The position numbers and the translations under genes are program-made. Below are positions 1 to 7,568 of a stretch of 26,614 bases of DNA, piece after piece. Every line of letters starts with the position of its first letter. Positions within the stretch are counted from its first letter, which is position 1. Below the pieces are notes generated by a model that saw only the letters and a program-made list of their open reading frames with translations, did not search any database and was not told where the DNA came from. The stretch covers positions 1 through 26,614 of IMG/VR virus record IMGVR_UViG_3300033076_000213; one strand, given 5' to 3'. The stretch comes from a virus (Duplodnaviria; Caudoviricetes).

Positions 1-807
1 CGCAGTCTGAACCTTTTGTTCGCCGATTGGGCGAACCGTGGCGTGAACATGTGGACGTTTGAGCAAGGCACGATTGATCTCGTGCAAGGCCAGAACACAT
101 ACGCTCTGCCCAACGACACCGTTGACCTGCTGGAGCACGTGATTCGCACGCAGGCCAATCAGCAAGCCAACCAAGCGGACTTGACCATCACGCGTATCAG
201 CGTGTCAACCTACGCTACGCTCCCCAACAAACTGCAACAAGCCCGTCCGATTCAGGTCTGGGTTCAGCGCATGGACGGTCAACAATCAGCCAATGGGGGC
301 ACACTTGCATCGACAATCACCTCGACAGATACCGAGATTACTGTTACCGACGCCTCTGGACTTCCGTCAACCGGTTTCATCAAGATTGACTCCGAGTACA
401 TCCAGTACGGCTACATCACGGGCAACACTCTGTACAACTGCTTCCGTGGACAAAACAACACCGCTGCCGCAGCCCATACTAGCGGCGCAATCGTCTACTG
501 GGCCAAGCTCCCAGCAGTGACTGTGTGGCCGACACCCGATGGTGCTCAGAGCTACCAGTTCGTGTACTGGCGCATGCGCCGTGTGCAAGATGCTGGCGGT
601 GGTGTGAACGTCATGGACGTCCCCTTCCGTTTCGTGCCTTGCATGACCGCAGGTCTGGCATACTACTTGGCTCTCAAAGTGCCCGGTGGTCTGGAGCGTT
701 TGCAGCTGTTGAAGCAGCAATACGACGAGGCTTGGGCGATGGCTGCCGACGAAGACCAAGAGAAAGCTGCGGTGCGCTTTGTACCGCGTCAGATGTTCAT
801 CTACTAA
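1..807 (+). CDS. Head-tail adaptor / tail tubular protein A-like, 5'-truncated
   Basis: Frame is open from base 1 (RSLNLLFADWANRG...), so the true start is upstream. Motifs YALPND, VWPTPD...Y and a helical C-terminus (GLAYYLALK...YDEAWAMA) fit podoviral adaptor rings. Carries a ~65-aa beta-rich insertion at ~295-498. Confidence 0.7.
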   Translation, partial: RSLNLLFADWANRGVNMWTFEQGTIDLVQGQNTYALPNDTVDLLEHVIRTQANQQANQADLTITRISVSTYATLPNKLQQARPIQVWVQRMDGQQSANGGTLASTITSTDTEITVTDASGLPSTGFIKIDSEYIQYGYITGNTLYNCFRGQNNTAAAAHTSGAIVYWAKLPAVTVWPTPDGAQSYQFVYWRMRRVQDAGGGVNVMDVPFRFVPCMTAGLAYYLALKVPGGLERLQLLKQQYDEAWAMAADEDQEKAAVRFVPRQMFIY

Positions 808-1236
808 ATGGGAAATCGTTTTGCTTCCGGAAAATACAGCATCGCCGAGTGCGATCGCTGTGGGTTTCGCTTCAAGCTTAAAGACCTGCGTAGAGAGGTC
901 GTCAAGACCAAGAACTATGAGTTGTTGGTGTGCGGTCCTTGCTGGGACCCAGATCAGCCGCAGTTGCAGTTGGGCATGTACCCTGTGGACGACCCTCAAG
1001 GTGTGCGTAACCCACGTCCTGATAGAAGCTATTATTCGTCAGGCACAACCGGCTTGCAGATCATCAACAGCAACAGCACGGACATTTTGGCCCAAGGCTT
1101 TCAAGGCGAGGGCAGCCGAGACATTCAGTGGGGGTGGAACCCTGTTGGCGGCGCTAGTTTGAATGACGACGGATTAACGCCAAACTACTTGGCTTTGACC
1201 GTGGAAATTGGTACAGTAACGATAGTCACAACGTAA
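808..1236 (+). CDS. Conserved phage protein with CxxC...CxxC (putative Zn-binding)
   Basis: CDRC and CGPC pairs followed by WDPDQPQL and a Pro-rich segment. ATG directly abuts the upstream TAA. Confidence 0.75.
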   Translation: MGNRFASGKYSIAECDRCGFRFKLKDLRREVVKTKNYELLVCGPCWDPDQPQLQLGMYPVDDPQGVRNPRPDRSYYSSGTTGLQIINSNSTDILAQGFQGEGSRDIQWGWNPVGGASLNDDGLTPNYLALTVEIGTVTIVTT

Positions 1237-1246
1237 GGAGTCCCTC

Positions 1247-1429
1247 ATGGACAAGAAAGATTTAGCCCAAGACAAGAAGATGATTAAGGCTGCTGTCGGC
1301 AAGCATGAGAAAAACATGCACCCCGGCAAGAAGCCAACTAAACTTCGCGCTGGCGGTAAAACCAACAGCGACATGTTGAAGATGGGCCGTAACTTGGCCA
1401 AGATCGCCAACCAAAAAGCACGAGGCTAA
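1247..1429 (+). CDS. Small Lys-rich protein (putative internal/DNA-binding virion protein)
   Basis: Strong SD (AAGGAG) upstream; 60 aa, very basic; contains LRAGG. Confidence 0.75.
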   Translation: MDKKDLAQDKKMIKAAVGKHEKNMHPGKKPTKLRAGGKTNSDMLKMGRNLAKIANQKARG

Positions 1430-1431
1430 TC

Positions 1432-1632
1432 ATGGCTACTTACAAGCAACCCAAAAAAGTGGCATCTGTCACGGTTGGTCAAGAGAGTGCTAAGAAGTAC
1501 TTGAAAGACACACCGCAGACTATTGCCAACACACGCAGCCAAGAGTTCAAAGGAACCAAAACCTCGGGCATCAAAATCCGTGGTACTGGCGCAGCTACAA
1601 AAGGCGTGATGGCACGCGGACCAATGGCCTAA
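1432..1632 (+). CDS. Small basic protein (KIRGTGAATKG motif)
   Basis: GAGG upstream; fills the gap exactly between neighbours; basic, Gly-rich C-terminus. Confidence 0.75.
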   Translation: MATYKQPKKVASVTVGQESAKKYLKDTPQTIANTRSQEFKGTKTSGIKIRGTGAATKGVMARGPMA

Positions 1633-1633
1633 C

Positions 1634-2347
1634 ATGACCTACGACGAACTCTACGCAGCGATTCAGTCTTATACGGAAAACCAATTTCCGGATACCTACT
1701 TGGCCGACGGTACGCCTGTTTCTACCCAGACACAGATTGACACCATCATCAAGCAGGCGGAACAGCGCATCTATAACTCGGTGCAGTTCCCGTCGTTGCG
1801 TAAGAACGTCACTGGATTTACGTCTGCTAACAATAAGTACCTAGCTTGCCCCAATGATTTTTTGGCCGTCTATTCAATGGCGGTTATTGACGCTACTGGG
1901 GCGTACGAGTACTTGTTGAACAAGGACGTCAACTTTATTCGCCAAGCATATCCGCAACCTACTGACACCGCGACCCCGAAGTACTACGCTTTGTTTGGCC
2001 CATCATTTTCTTCCAGTGATGAGCTGTCGTTTATTTTGGGTCCAACACCAGATGCAGCCTACAACGTGGAGCTGCACTACTTTTTCTATCCTGAGTCGAT
2101 TGTTGATGCGGCGGATGGTCGTACGTGGTTGGGCGACAACTTCGATAGCGTGCTGTTGTACGGGTCTTTGGTTGAGGCATACACCTTCATGAAGGGTGAA
2201 ACCGACTTGATTACCTTGTACAACACTAAGTACAACGAAGCATTGGCTATGGCTAAACGTCTGGGCGACGGTATGGAGCGCAGCGACGCTTACCGTAGCG
2301 GTCAGTTCCGTATGCCACCTATGCCACAAAATAACGGGGTAGCGTAA
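1634..2347 (+). CDS. Second head-tail adaptor-like protein
   Basis: MTYDELYAAIQSY...IKQAEQRI N-terminal helices, CPNDFL, TPKYY, LGPTPD..Y, LLYGSLVEAY and YNEALAMA, collinear with the ORF at 1-807. Confidence 0.75.
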   Translation: MTYDELYAAIQSYTENQFPDTYLADGTPVSTQTQIDTIIKQAEQRIYNSVQFPSLRKNVTGFTSANNKYLACPNDFLAVYSMAVIDATGAYEYLLNKDVNFIRQAYPQPTDTATPKYYALFGPSFSSSDELSFILGPTPDAAYNVELHYFFYPESIVDAADGRTWLGDNFDSVLLYGSLVEAYTFMKGETDLITLYNTKYNEALAMAKRLGDGMERSDAYRSGQFRMPPMPQNNGVA

Positions 2348-2775
2348 TGACTATCGCACAAGGCGCTACCAACACATTCAAAGTCGGGATGCTTGACGGC
2401 ACTTTCGACTTTGGTACTGACACGTTCAAGATCGCGCTCTACACGGGCGCAGCGTCTATTGGCCCCGACACAACAGCGTACACAACGGACGGCGAAACGG
2501 TTGCTACAGGCTATACAGCTGGCGGTGAAACACTGACAGTCACGCAAGTACCAACAATCGGTACCCAGACAGGCAACGCCACGGCGTACTTGTCTTTCCA
2601 AAACGTCACATGGACTTCGGCGCTTACCGCTCGCGGCGCGTTGATCTACAAGTCTGGCTCCGGTAATCCGACAGTTTGCGTACTTGACTTTGGTGCGGAC
2701 AAGACCTCAACAACAACTTTCACGGTGCAGTTTCCTGCTGTCACCAGCACAGCGGCAATCATCCGCATTTCTTAA
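2347..2775 (+). CDS. Small beta-rich virion/fibre structural protein
   Basis: FKIALYT...GYTAGGETL...ARGALIY...VLDFGADKTS pattern typical of phage structural proteins; TAATG stop/start overlap. Confidence 0.7.
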   Translation: MTIAQGATNTFKVGMLDGTFDFGTDTFKIALYTGAASIGPDTTAYTTDGETVATGYTAGGETLTVTQVPTIGTQTGNATAYLSFQNVTWTSALTARGALIYKSGSGNPTVCVLDFGADKTSTTTFTVQFPAVTSTAAIIRIS

Positions 2776-2787
2776 TAGGAGCCAAGC

Positions 2788-3363
2788 ATGTTGGAAAAAT
2801 CTAAAGCCACAGACCTCGCCGTTGGTACGGTGTTTAAGGGTGGCATCACTGCCGAAGCAGCAAATGCTGGTGGAGTGTTTACCGTTCAATGTCATGACAA
2901 AGACGGCAACCTCAAGTGGGAAGCTCAAAAGCACAACCTAGTTGTGAACCAAGGGTTGCAAGACATGAACGCCCAGTACTTCAAGGGCTCAAGTTACACT
3001 GCTGCTTGGTACATCGGTCTGTACGGGTCTGGAGCCTCTAACACTCCCGCTGCTGGCGACACTATGGCGTCACATGCTGGTTGGACTGAAGTTACGAGCT
3101 ACAGCCAATCCACACGCCCTGCTGCTACTTTCGGTACGGCCACAACAGCCAACCCATCTGTGCAAACAAACTCTGCATCCGCCGCGACATTCAGCATCAA
3201 TGCCACGACTACAGTTGGTGGTGCATTTTTGACTAGCAACAACACAAAAGGCGGTACGACAGGCATCTTGTTTTCCGCTGCCGATTTTGCTTCACCCGGC
3301 GACCGATCTGTGGTTTCAGGCGATACACTGTCTGTAACTTACACATTCAGCTTGGCTGCTTAA
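2788..3363 (+). CDS. Beta-rich virion/fibre structural protein
   Basis: SD AGGAG; motifs DKDGNLKW...NLVVNQG, WYIGL, WTEV and GDTLSVTYTFSL; Thr/Ala/Ser-rich. Confidence 0.7.
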   Translation: MLEKSKATDLAVGTVFKGGITAEAANAGGVFTVQCHDKDGNLKWEAQKHNLVVNQGLQDMNAQYFKGSSYTAAWYIGLYGSGASNTPAAGDTMASHAGWTEVTSYSQSTRPAATFGTATTANPSVQTNSASAATFSINATTTVGGAFLTSNNTKGGTTGILFSAADFASPGDRSVVSGDTLSVTYTFSLAA

Positions 3364-3374
3364 CAGGAACCATC

Positions 3375-3554
3375 ATGGCTACACAGTTTAAAAAAGGCGA
3401 TACGGTTAAAGTGCGTACCGTTGTACCAGAAGGCCCTGTCCAAGCCCTGCGCATGGATGAAGACGGCACTATCCACTATTTGATTGAGTGGGTAGACGTG
3501 CAAGGCAAATCACAACAACGTTGGTTTGAAGAAGACGAATTGATCGGGGCTTAA
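3375..3554 (+). CDS. 59-aa small beta-barrel (SH3/YodC-like) protein, missing from the ORF track
   Basis: AGGA SD, then MATQFKKGDTVKVRTVVPEGPVQALRMDEDGTIHYLIEWVDVQGKSQQRWFEEDELIGA*. It fills the gap between 3363 and 3558. The FKKGDxV...W...FxExEL pattern suggests an SH3-like fold. Confidence 0.8.
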   Translation: MATQFKKGDTVKVRTVVPEGPVQALRMDEDGTIHYLIEWVDVQGKSQQRWFEEDELIGA

Positions 3555-3557
3555 ATT

Positions 3558-6155
3558 ATGGCACTCGTCCTAGCGGATCGCGTACGCGAAACAACAACAA
3601 GCACGGGCACTTCAACGATTACGTTGGCGGGTGCGTATGCAGGCTTCCAAACTTTTTCTGCGGCTATTGGCAACAGCAACACGACCTACTACACGATTGC
3701 TAACGTAGCTTCTGGTGAGTGGGAAGTTGGTGTTGGTACGTACACCACATCTGGCAACACTTTGTCACGTGACACGGTTTATGCGTCCAGCAACTCAGGT
3801 TCTTTGGTGAATTTCGGAGTTGGGACAAAAGATGTGTTTGTTACACAGCCAGCTGAACGAGCTGTGTATGTAAACGCAGCCAACACAACTGTTACTGTGC
3901 CATCGTTGGTGTCTACAAACGGCGCAACAATCGAAGGTCTGACAGTCGGTAAAGGTGCTGGCGCTGTAGCAACCAACACTGCTGTTGGCGCTAGTGCTTT
4001 GGCGGCAACCGCTTCTGGCATCCGAAATACGGGCCTTGGCTATGTTGCTCTAACTGCGTTGACTTCTGGTGCAGAGAATACGGGTATTGGTGCTTATTCG
4101 CTTTATGGAAACACGACTGGCGGATATAACGTAGCACTTGGGTCGCAAACTCTTATCAGCAACACTTCTGGTGCTAATAACACGGCTGTTGGTTGGAATT
4201 CTCTTGCATCCAACACCACAGCCTCAAACAACACTGCTGTGGGTTATCAGGCGGGGTACAGCAACAGCACTGGAACAGATAACACCGCTATTGGTTATCA
4301 AGCAGGATACCTGAACACTGGCTCGTACAGCACTTTTATTGGCCGTCTTGCTGGTAGAACAAACTCAACAGGAATTATTACTGCGGTTGGGACAAGCACG
4401 TTATATTCAAATACTACTGGCTCATACAACGTAGCTGTTGGTAGCCTTGATGCTTCTACACGTGCAACATTAGAGTCAAACAGTACTGGCTCGTACAACA
4501 CCGCACTTGGTGGCGGTGCTCTTGGCTCCAACACCACAGCCTCTAACAATACCGCTGTTGGTTATCAATCAGGATACTCAAACACTACTGGTCAAATCAC
4601 TGTAGTTGGATATATCGCTGGTTACAGCAATACAACAGGCGGGAACAATACTGCTGTTGGTGATCGTGCGTTATATTCAAATACAACAGCAAACAATAAT
4701 ACGGCAGTTGGCACTGTTGCTTTATACACAAACAGCACTGGTACAGCAAATTCTGCGTTAGGTGTAAATTCTTTGCGTCTAAATACAACTGGTTCGTACA
4801 ACTCGGCGATTGGCACTGAATCACTTTACTCCAACACCACAGCAAACCGCAATGCTGCTGTTGGCTATCAGTCTCTGTATTCAAACACCACAGGCGCAGA
4901 AAACTCCGCACTTGGTCATTCATCTCTGTACTACAACACAACAGGTAACTACAACGTGGCTGTCGGTGGTGGCGCACTTCAATCAAACACCACAGCTTCT
5001 AACAACACTGCTGTGGGGTATCAGGCGGGTTACGGAAACACAACGGGGATTAACTGCGTTGCTGTTGGTTATCAGGCTCTTTATGGAGCTAACACAGGCG
5101 AATCCAACATTGCGATTGGTTATGGGACTCTGCGTGCAAACACATCTGGCATTCGCAATACCGCTGTTGGCGGTGATGCTTCAGGTAGCGCATACGGCCC
5201 ATTGGCTGCAAACACAACTGGTAACTTGAACACTGCGTTAGGCGCTGTTTCATTGATTGCCAATACCACTGGCTCATACAACGTGGGCCTTGGGGCTGGC
5301 GCACTTCAAGCTAACACCACAGCAAACAACAACACTGCTGTTGGGTATCAAGCTGGATACAGCAACACGACTGGATATAGCAATGCTATGTTTGGGTATC
5401 AAGCTGGTTATTCGGCAACAGGATATATCTCCAATACTATTTTGGGGGCTTCGGCTGGATACTCTCTCACTTCGTCAAACAACACTTATATTGGGCAAGC
5501 TGCTGGCTACTATGTCACAACTGGCTCTAAGAACACCATTCTTGGCTGCTACACAGGCAACCAAGGCGGCTTAGACATTCGCACAGCAAGCAACTACATC
5601 GTGCTGTCTGATGGGGATGGGAATCCACGGGGTATTTTTGATAGCAGTGGTAACTTGCTGGTTGGAACAACAACGGCTGGATTTAGTTCTGGTACAGGCG
5701 TATTTGTTAGAAACGCATCGGCGGCGGCTACTTACATTGGTGTAAATCACAACTCATCTTCAGCCTCTGGCAATGATTTTGTGGCTTTTGGGTATAACGG
5801 TACTCAAATTGGGGGCGTTTCTCAAAATGGAACCACAGGCGTTTTGTACAACATCACGTCTGATTACCGTTTGAAAAATGTTCTTGGCACGGTGACTGAC
5901 TCAGGCGCACGAATTGACGCACTTGAGCCGATTGAGTATGAATGGAAATCTGATGGGGCTCGCACTCGCGGCTTCTTAGCACACAAATTTCAAGAGGTGT
6001 ACCCAAATAGTGTTGCTGGTAAAAAAGATGCCGTTGATGATGAAGGCAAGCCCGTTTATCAACAAATGCAAGCAAGCACTTCTGAAGTTATTGCTGACTT
6101 AGTTGCTGAAATCCAATCACTCCGTAAACGCCTTGCAGCAGCAGGCATCGCTTAA
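3558..6155 (+). CDS. Tail fibre/receptor-binding protein with beta-roll repeats and C-terminal peptidase S74 intramolecular chaperone
   Basis: N-terminal anchor (MALVLADRVRETT...EWEVGVG); ~30 NTAVGxxALxSNTTGxx repeats; SDYRLK autocleavage motif at 5859, then GFLAH and a terminal coiled coil (LVAEIQSLRKRL). Confidence 0.92.
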   Translation: MALVLADRVRETTTSTGTSTITLAGAYAGFQTFSAAIGNSNTTYYTIANVASGEWEVGVGTYTTSGNTLSRDTVYASSNSGSLVNFGVGTKDVFVTQPAERAVYVNAANTTVTVPSLVSTNGATIEGLTVGKGAGAVATNTAVGASALAATASGIRNTGLGYVALTALTSGAENTGIGAYSLYGNTTGGYNVALGSQTLISNTSGANNTAVGWNSLASNTTASNNTAVGYQAGYSNSTGTDNTAIGYQAGYLNTGSYSTFIGRLAGRTNSTGIITAVGTSTLYSNTTGSYNVAVGSLDASTRATLESNSTGSYNTALGGGALGSNTTASNNTAVGYQSGYSNTTGQITVVGYIAGYSNTTGGNNTAVGDRALYSNTTANNNTAVGTVALYTNSTGTANSALGVNSLRLNTTGSYNSAIGTESLYSNTTANRNAAVGYQSLYSNTTGAENSALGHSSLYYNTTGNYNVAVGGGALQSNTTASNNTAVGYQAGYGNTTGINCVAVGYQALYGANTGESNIAIGYGTLRANTSGIRNTAVGGDASGSAYGPLAANTTGNLNTALGAVSLIANTTGSYNVGLGAGALQANTTANNNTAVGYQAGYSNTTGYSNAMFGYQAGYSATGYISNTILGASAGYSLTSSNNTYIGQAAGYYVTTGSKNTILGCYTGNQGGLDIRTASNYIVLSDGDGNPRGIFDSSGNLLVGTTTAGFSSGTGVFVRNASAAATYIGVNHNSSSASGNDFVAFGYNGTQIGGVSQNGTTGVLYNITSDYRLKNVLGTVTDSGARIDALEPIEYEWKSDGARTRGFLAHKFQEVYPNSVAGKKDAVDDEGKPVYQQMQASTSEVIADLVAEIQSLRKRLAAAGIA
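3975..5546 (+). repeat. Coding tandem repeat, ~30 units of 17 aa (51 nt), YadA/Hep_Hag-like beta-roll
   Basis: Consensus N-T-A-V-G-x-x-A-L/G-Y-S-N-T-T-G-x-x, read directly from the translation. A few units are 16 aa and two carry 6-7 aa insertions. Confidence 0.9.
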
Positions 6156-6171
6156 CTTAAAGGAAACTGAA

Positions 6172-6405
6172 ATGACCGAACAAACTCAACCCCAAGTGGA
6201 ACAAACCACAGCCGAAGAAATCGCTCGCCACTATAGCGCTTGCATGGACTCTGTCAACCTGATCAACGCAGGTAAACCCGAAGGCATGGAAGATGCTGAA
6301 TGGGCCGACACAGTGGCTCGTAACAAAGAGCATTTGACTATCATGTTAGCCAAAGATTTTTGGACAACAGAAGACTTAACACCTTTGCAACAGGCGGCTG
6401 CATGA
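6172..6405 (+). CDS. Small acidic protein, putative fibre-associated/assembly factor (77 aa)
   Basis: SD AAGGA precedes the ATG at 6172, a better start than 6103; lies directly after the fibre gene. Confidence 0.7.
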   Translation: MTEQTQPQVEQTTAEEIARHYSACMDSVNLINAGKPEGMEDAEWADTVARNKEHLTIMLAKDFWTTEDLTPLQQAAA

Positions 6406-6554
6406 TTAAGCTTGAACTTTCAAAAGACGCTGTCGATTTTATTTTGCAAATTTTGGGTGAACTGCCATCTAAAACAGGTGCATGGCCTTTGATTATCGAC
6501 ATCAAAGGGCAAGCCGAGCCGCAAGTAAATAAAGAAGCTACGCCAGAGGCGTAA
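6402..6554 (+). CDS. Small hypothetical protein (50 aa)
   Basis: ATGA overlap with the previous stop; MIKLELSKDAVDFILQILGELP... amphipathic helices. Confidence 0.7.
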   Translation: MIKLELSKDAVDFILQILGELPSKTGAWPLIIDIKGQAEPQVNKEATPEA

Positions 6555-6560
6555 TAGGCA

Positions 6561-7559
6561 ATGACCTTCGGGTTCTACGCTTTTGCGCAAGCCCCGTTTG
6601 CATCGACGGGAGGGAATTTCTTTTCCGCGACAATTCTTGAGTCTGCAACTGTTACGGACGAAAACTCCGCGACGGCTACGTTTGCTGCTTCTTTTCTGGA
6701 CTCCGCTACAGGTACAGACGCTATCTCTAGCGGTGCGGTGCTTAACCCTGTATTTTCAGATTCCGCTACGGGTTCGGACACAATCTCCGCAAACTCCGTG
6801 TTTAATGCGGCTACGACTGACGCAGCCACAGGCTCGGACGCAATGTCCAGCAACGTTGTGTTCGAAGCTTCTTTATCTGATGCGGCTACAGGCGCGGATG
6901 CTGTTTCCTCAGTTCCAGACTACGCCGTTTCTTTTGCTGACACAGTTACAGGCACTGACGCTACCTCGTCGGAAGCGGTGTTTACGCCGACTGTGTCCGA
7001 GACTGCTACAGGCATCGACGGCACAAGCGCTATCTTTATCTACCCTGCCAGCGTAAACGAACAGGCTACTGGTACGGATACCGTCGCTTCTAACACCACA
7101 CTGCCTGTCAATATTAGCGAAAGCGCTACGGCGTCAGACGCAGTGCAAGCAGCAGGATCATTCCCTGCGAGCATTTTGGAGGCTGCTACGGCAACGGATC
7201 AAACTACAACGGCTCAAACCGTTTTGGCGGCAGTCCAAGAAAGTGTTACCGCTGCTGACGTATTTGTTTCCCGTTTGCTATGGGAGCCAATCGACGACGA
7301 TCAAGTCCCTATGTGGACAGACGTAGGTATTACGCAGACAATCACAGGTGTTGCCACATACGGAGACATGTACTTCGGTGATGTCGCATTTGCTGGCACG
7401 TACCAAAACACATGGGTTCCTGATACAAGTCTGTGGGAGGAAATTGACAACACCCAAGCTTCTGGGTGGACAGATATTGACATTCCACAGACAATCCCAG
7501 AGTGGGAAGAAATCGACAACAACCAAACTACAACATGGACGCCTATTGAGGCGGCGTAA
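6561..7559 (+). CDS. Acidic repeat-containing virion protein (11 x 20 aa plus three Trp motifs)
   Basis: N-terminal FGFYAFAQAPFAS, phased repeats, and C-terminal WExIDxxQxxxWT three times. No Lys, His or Cys and only one Arg in 332 aa. Confidence 0.85.
   Translation: MTFGFYAFAQAPFASTGGNFFSATILESATVTDENSATATFAASFLDSATGTDAISSGAVLNPVFSDSATGSDTISANSVFNAATTDAATGSDAMSSNVVFEASLSDAATGADAVSSVPDYAVSFADTVTGTDATSSEAVFTPTVSETATGIDGTSAIFIYPASVNEQATGTDTVASNTTLPVNISESATASDAVQAAGSFPASILEAATATDQTTTAQTVLAAVQESVTAADVFVSRLLWEPIDDDQVPMWTDVGITQTITGVATYGDMYFGDVAFAGTYQNTWVPDTSLWEEIDNTQASGWTDIDIPQTIPEWEEIDNNQTTTWTPIEAA
6621..7280 (+). repeat. Coding tandem repeat, 11 units of exactly 20 aa (60 nt)
   Basis: Consensus F-x-A/P-x-Phi-x-(D/E)-x-A-T-G/A-x-D; 660 nt with no indel between units. 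Confidence 0.9.
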
Positions 7560-7568
7560 GGAACTTAA

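Noticed and set aside
3975-5546. AAC-rich repeats suggesting a diversity-generating retroelement template or a CRISPR-like array
   Set aside because: The repeats are in-frame structural Asn/Thr codons. I saw no reverse transcriptase, no TR/VR pair differing only at adenines, and no identical repeats with unique spacers.
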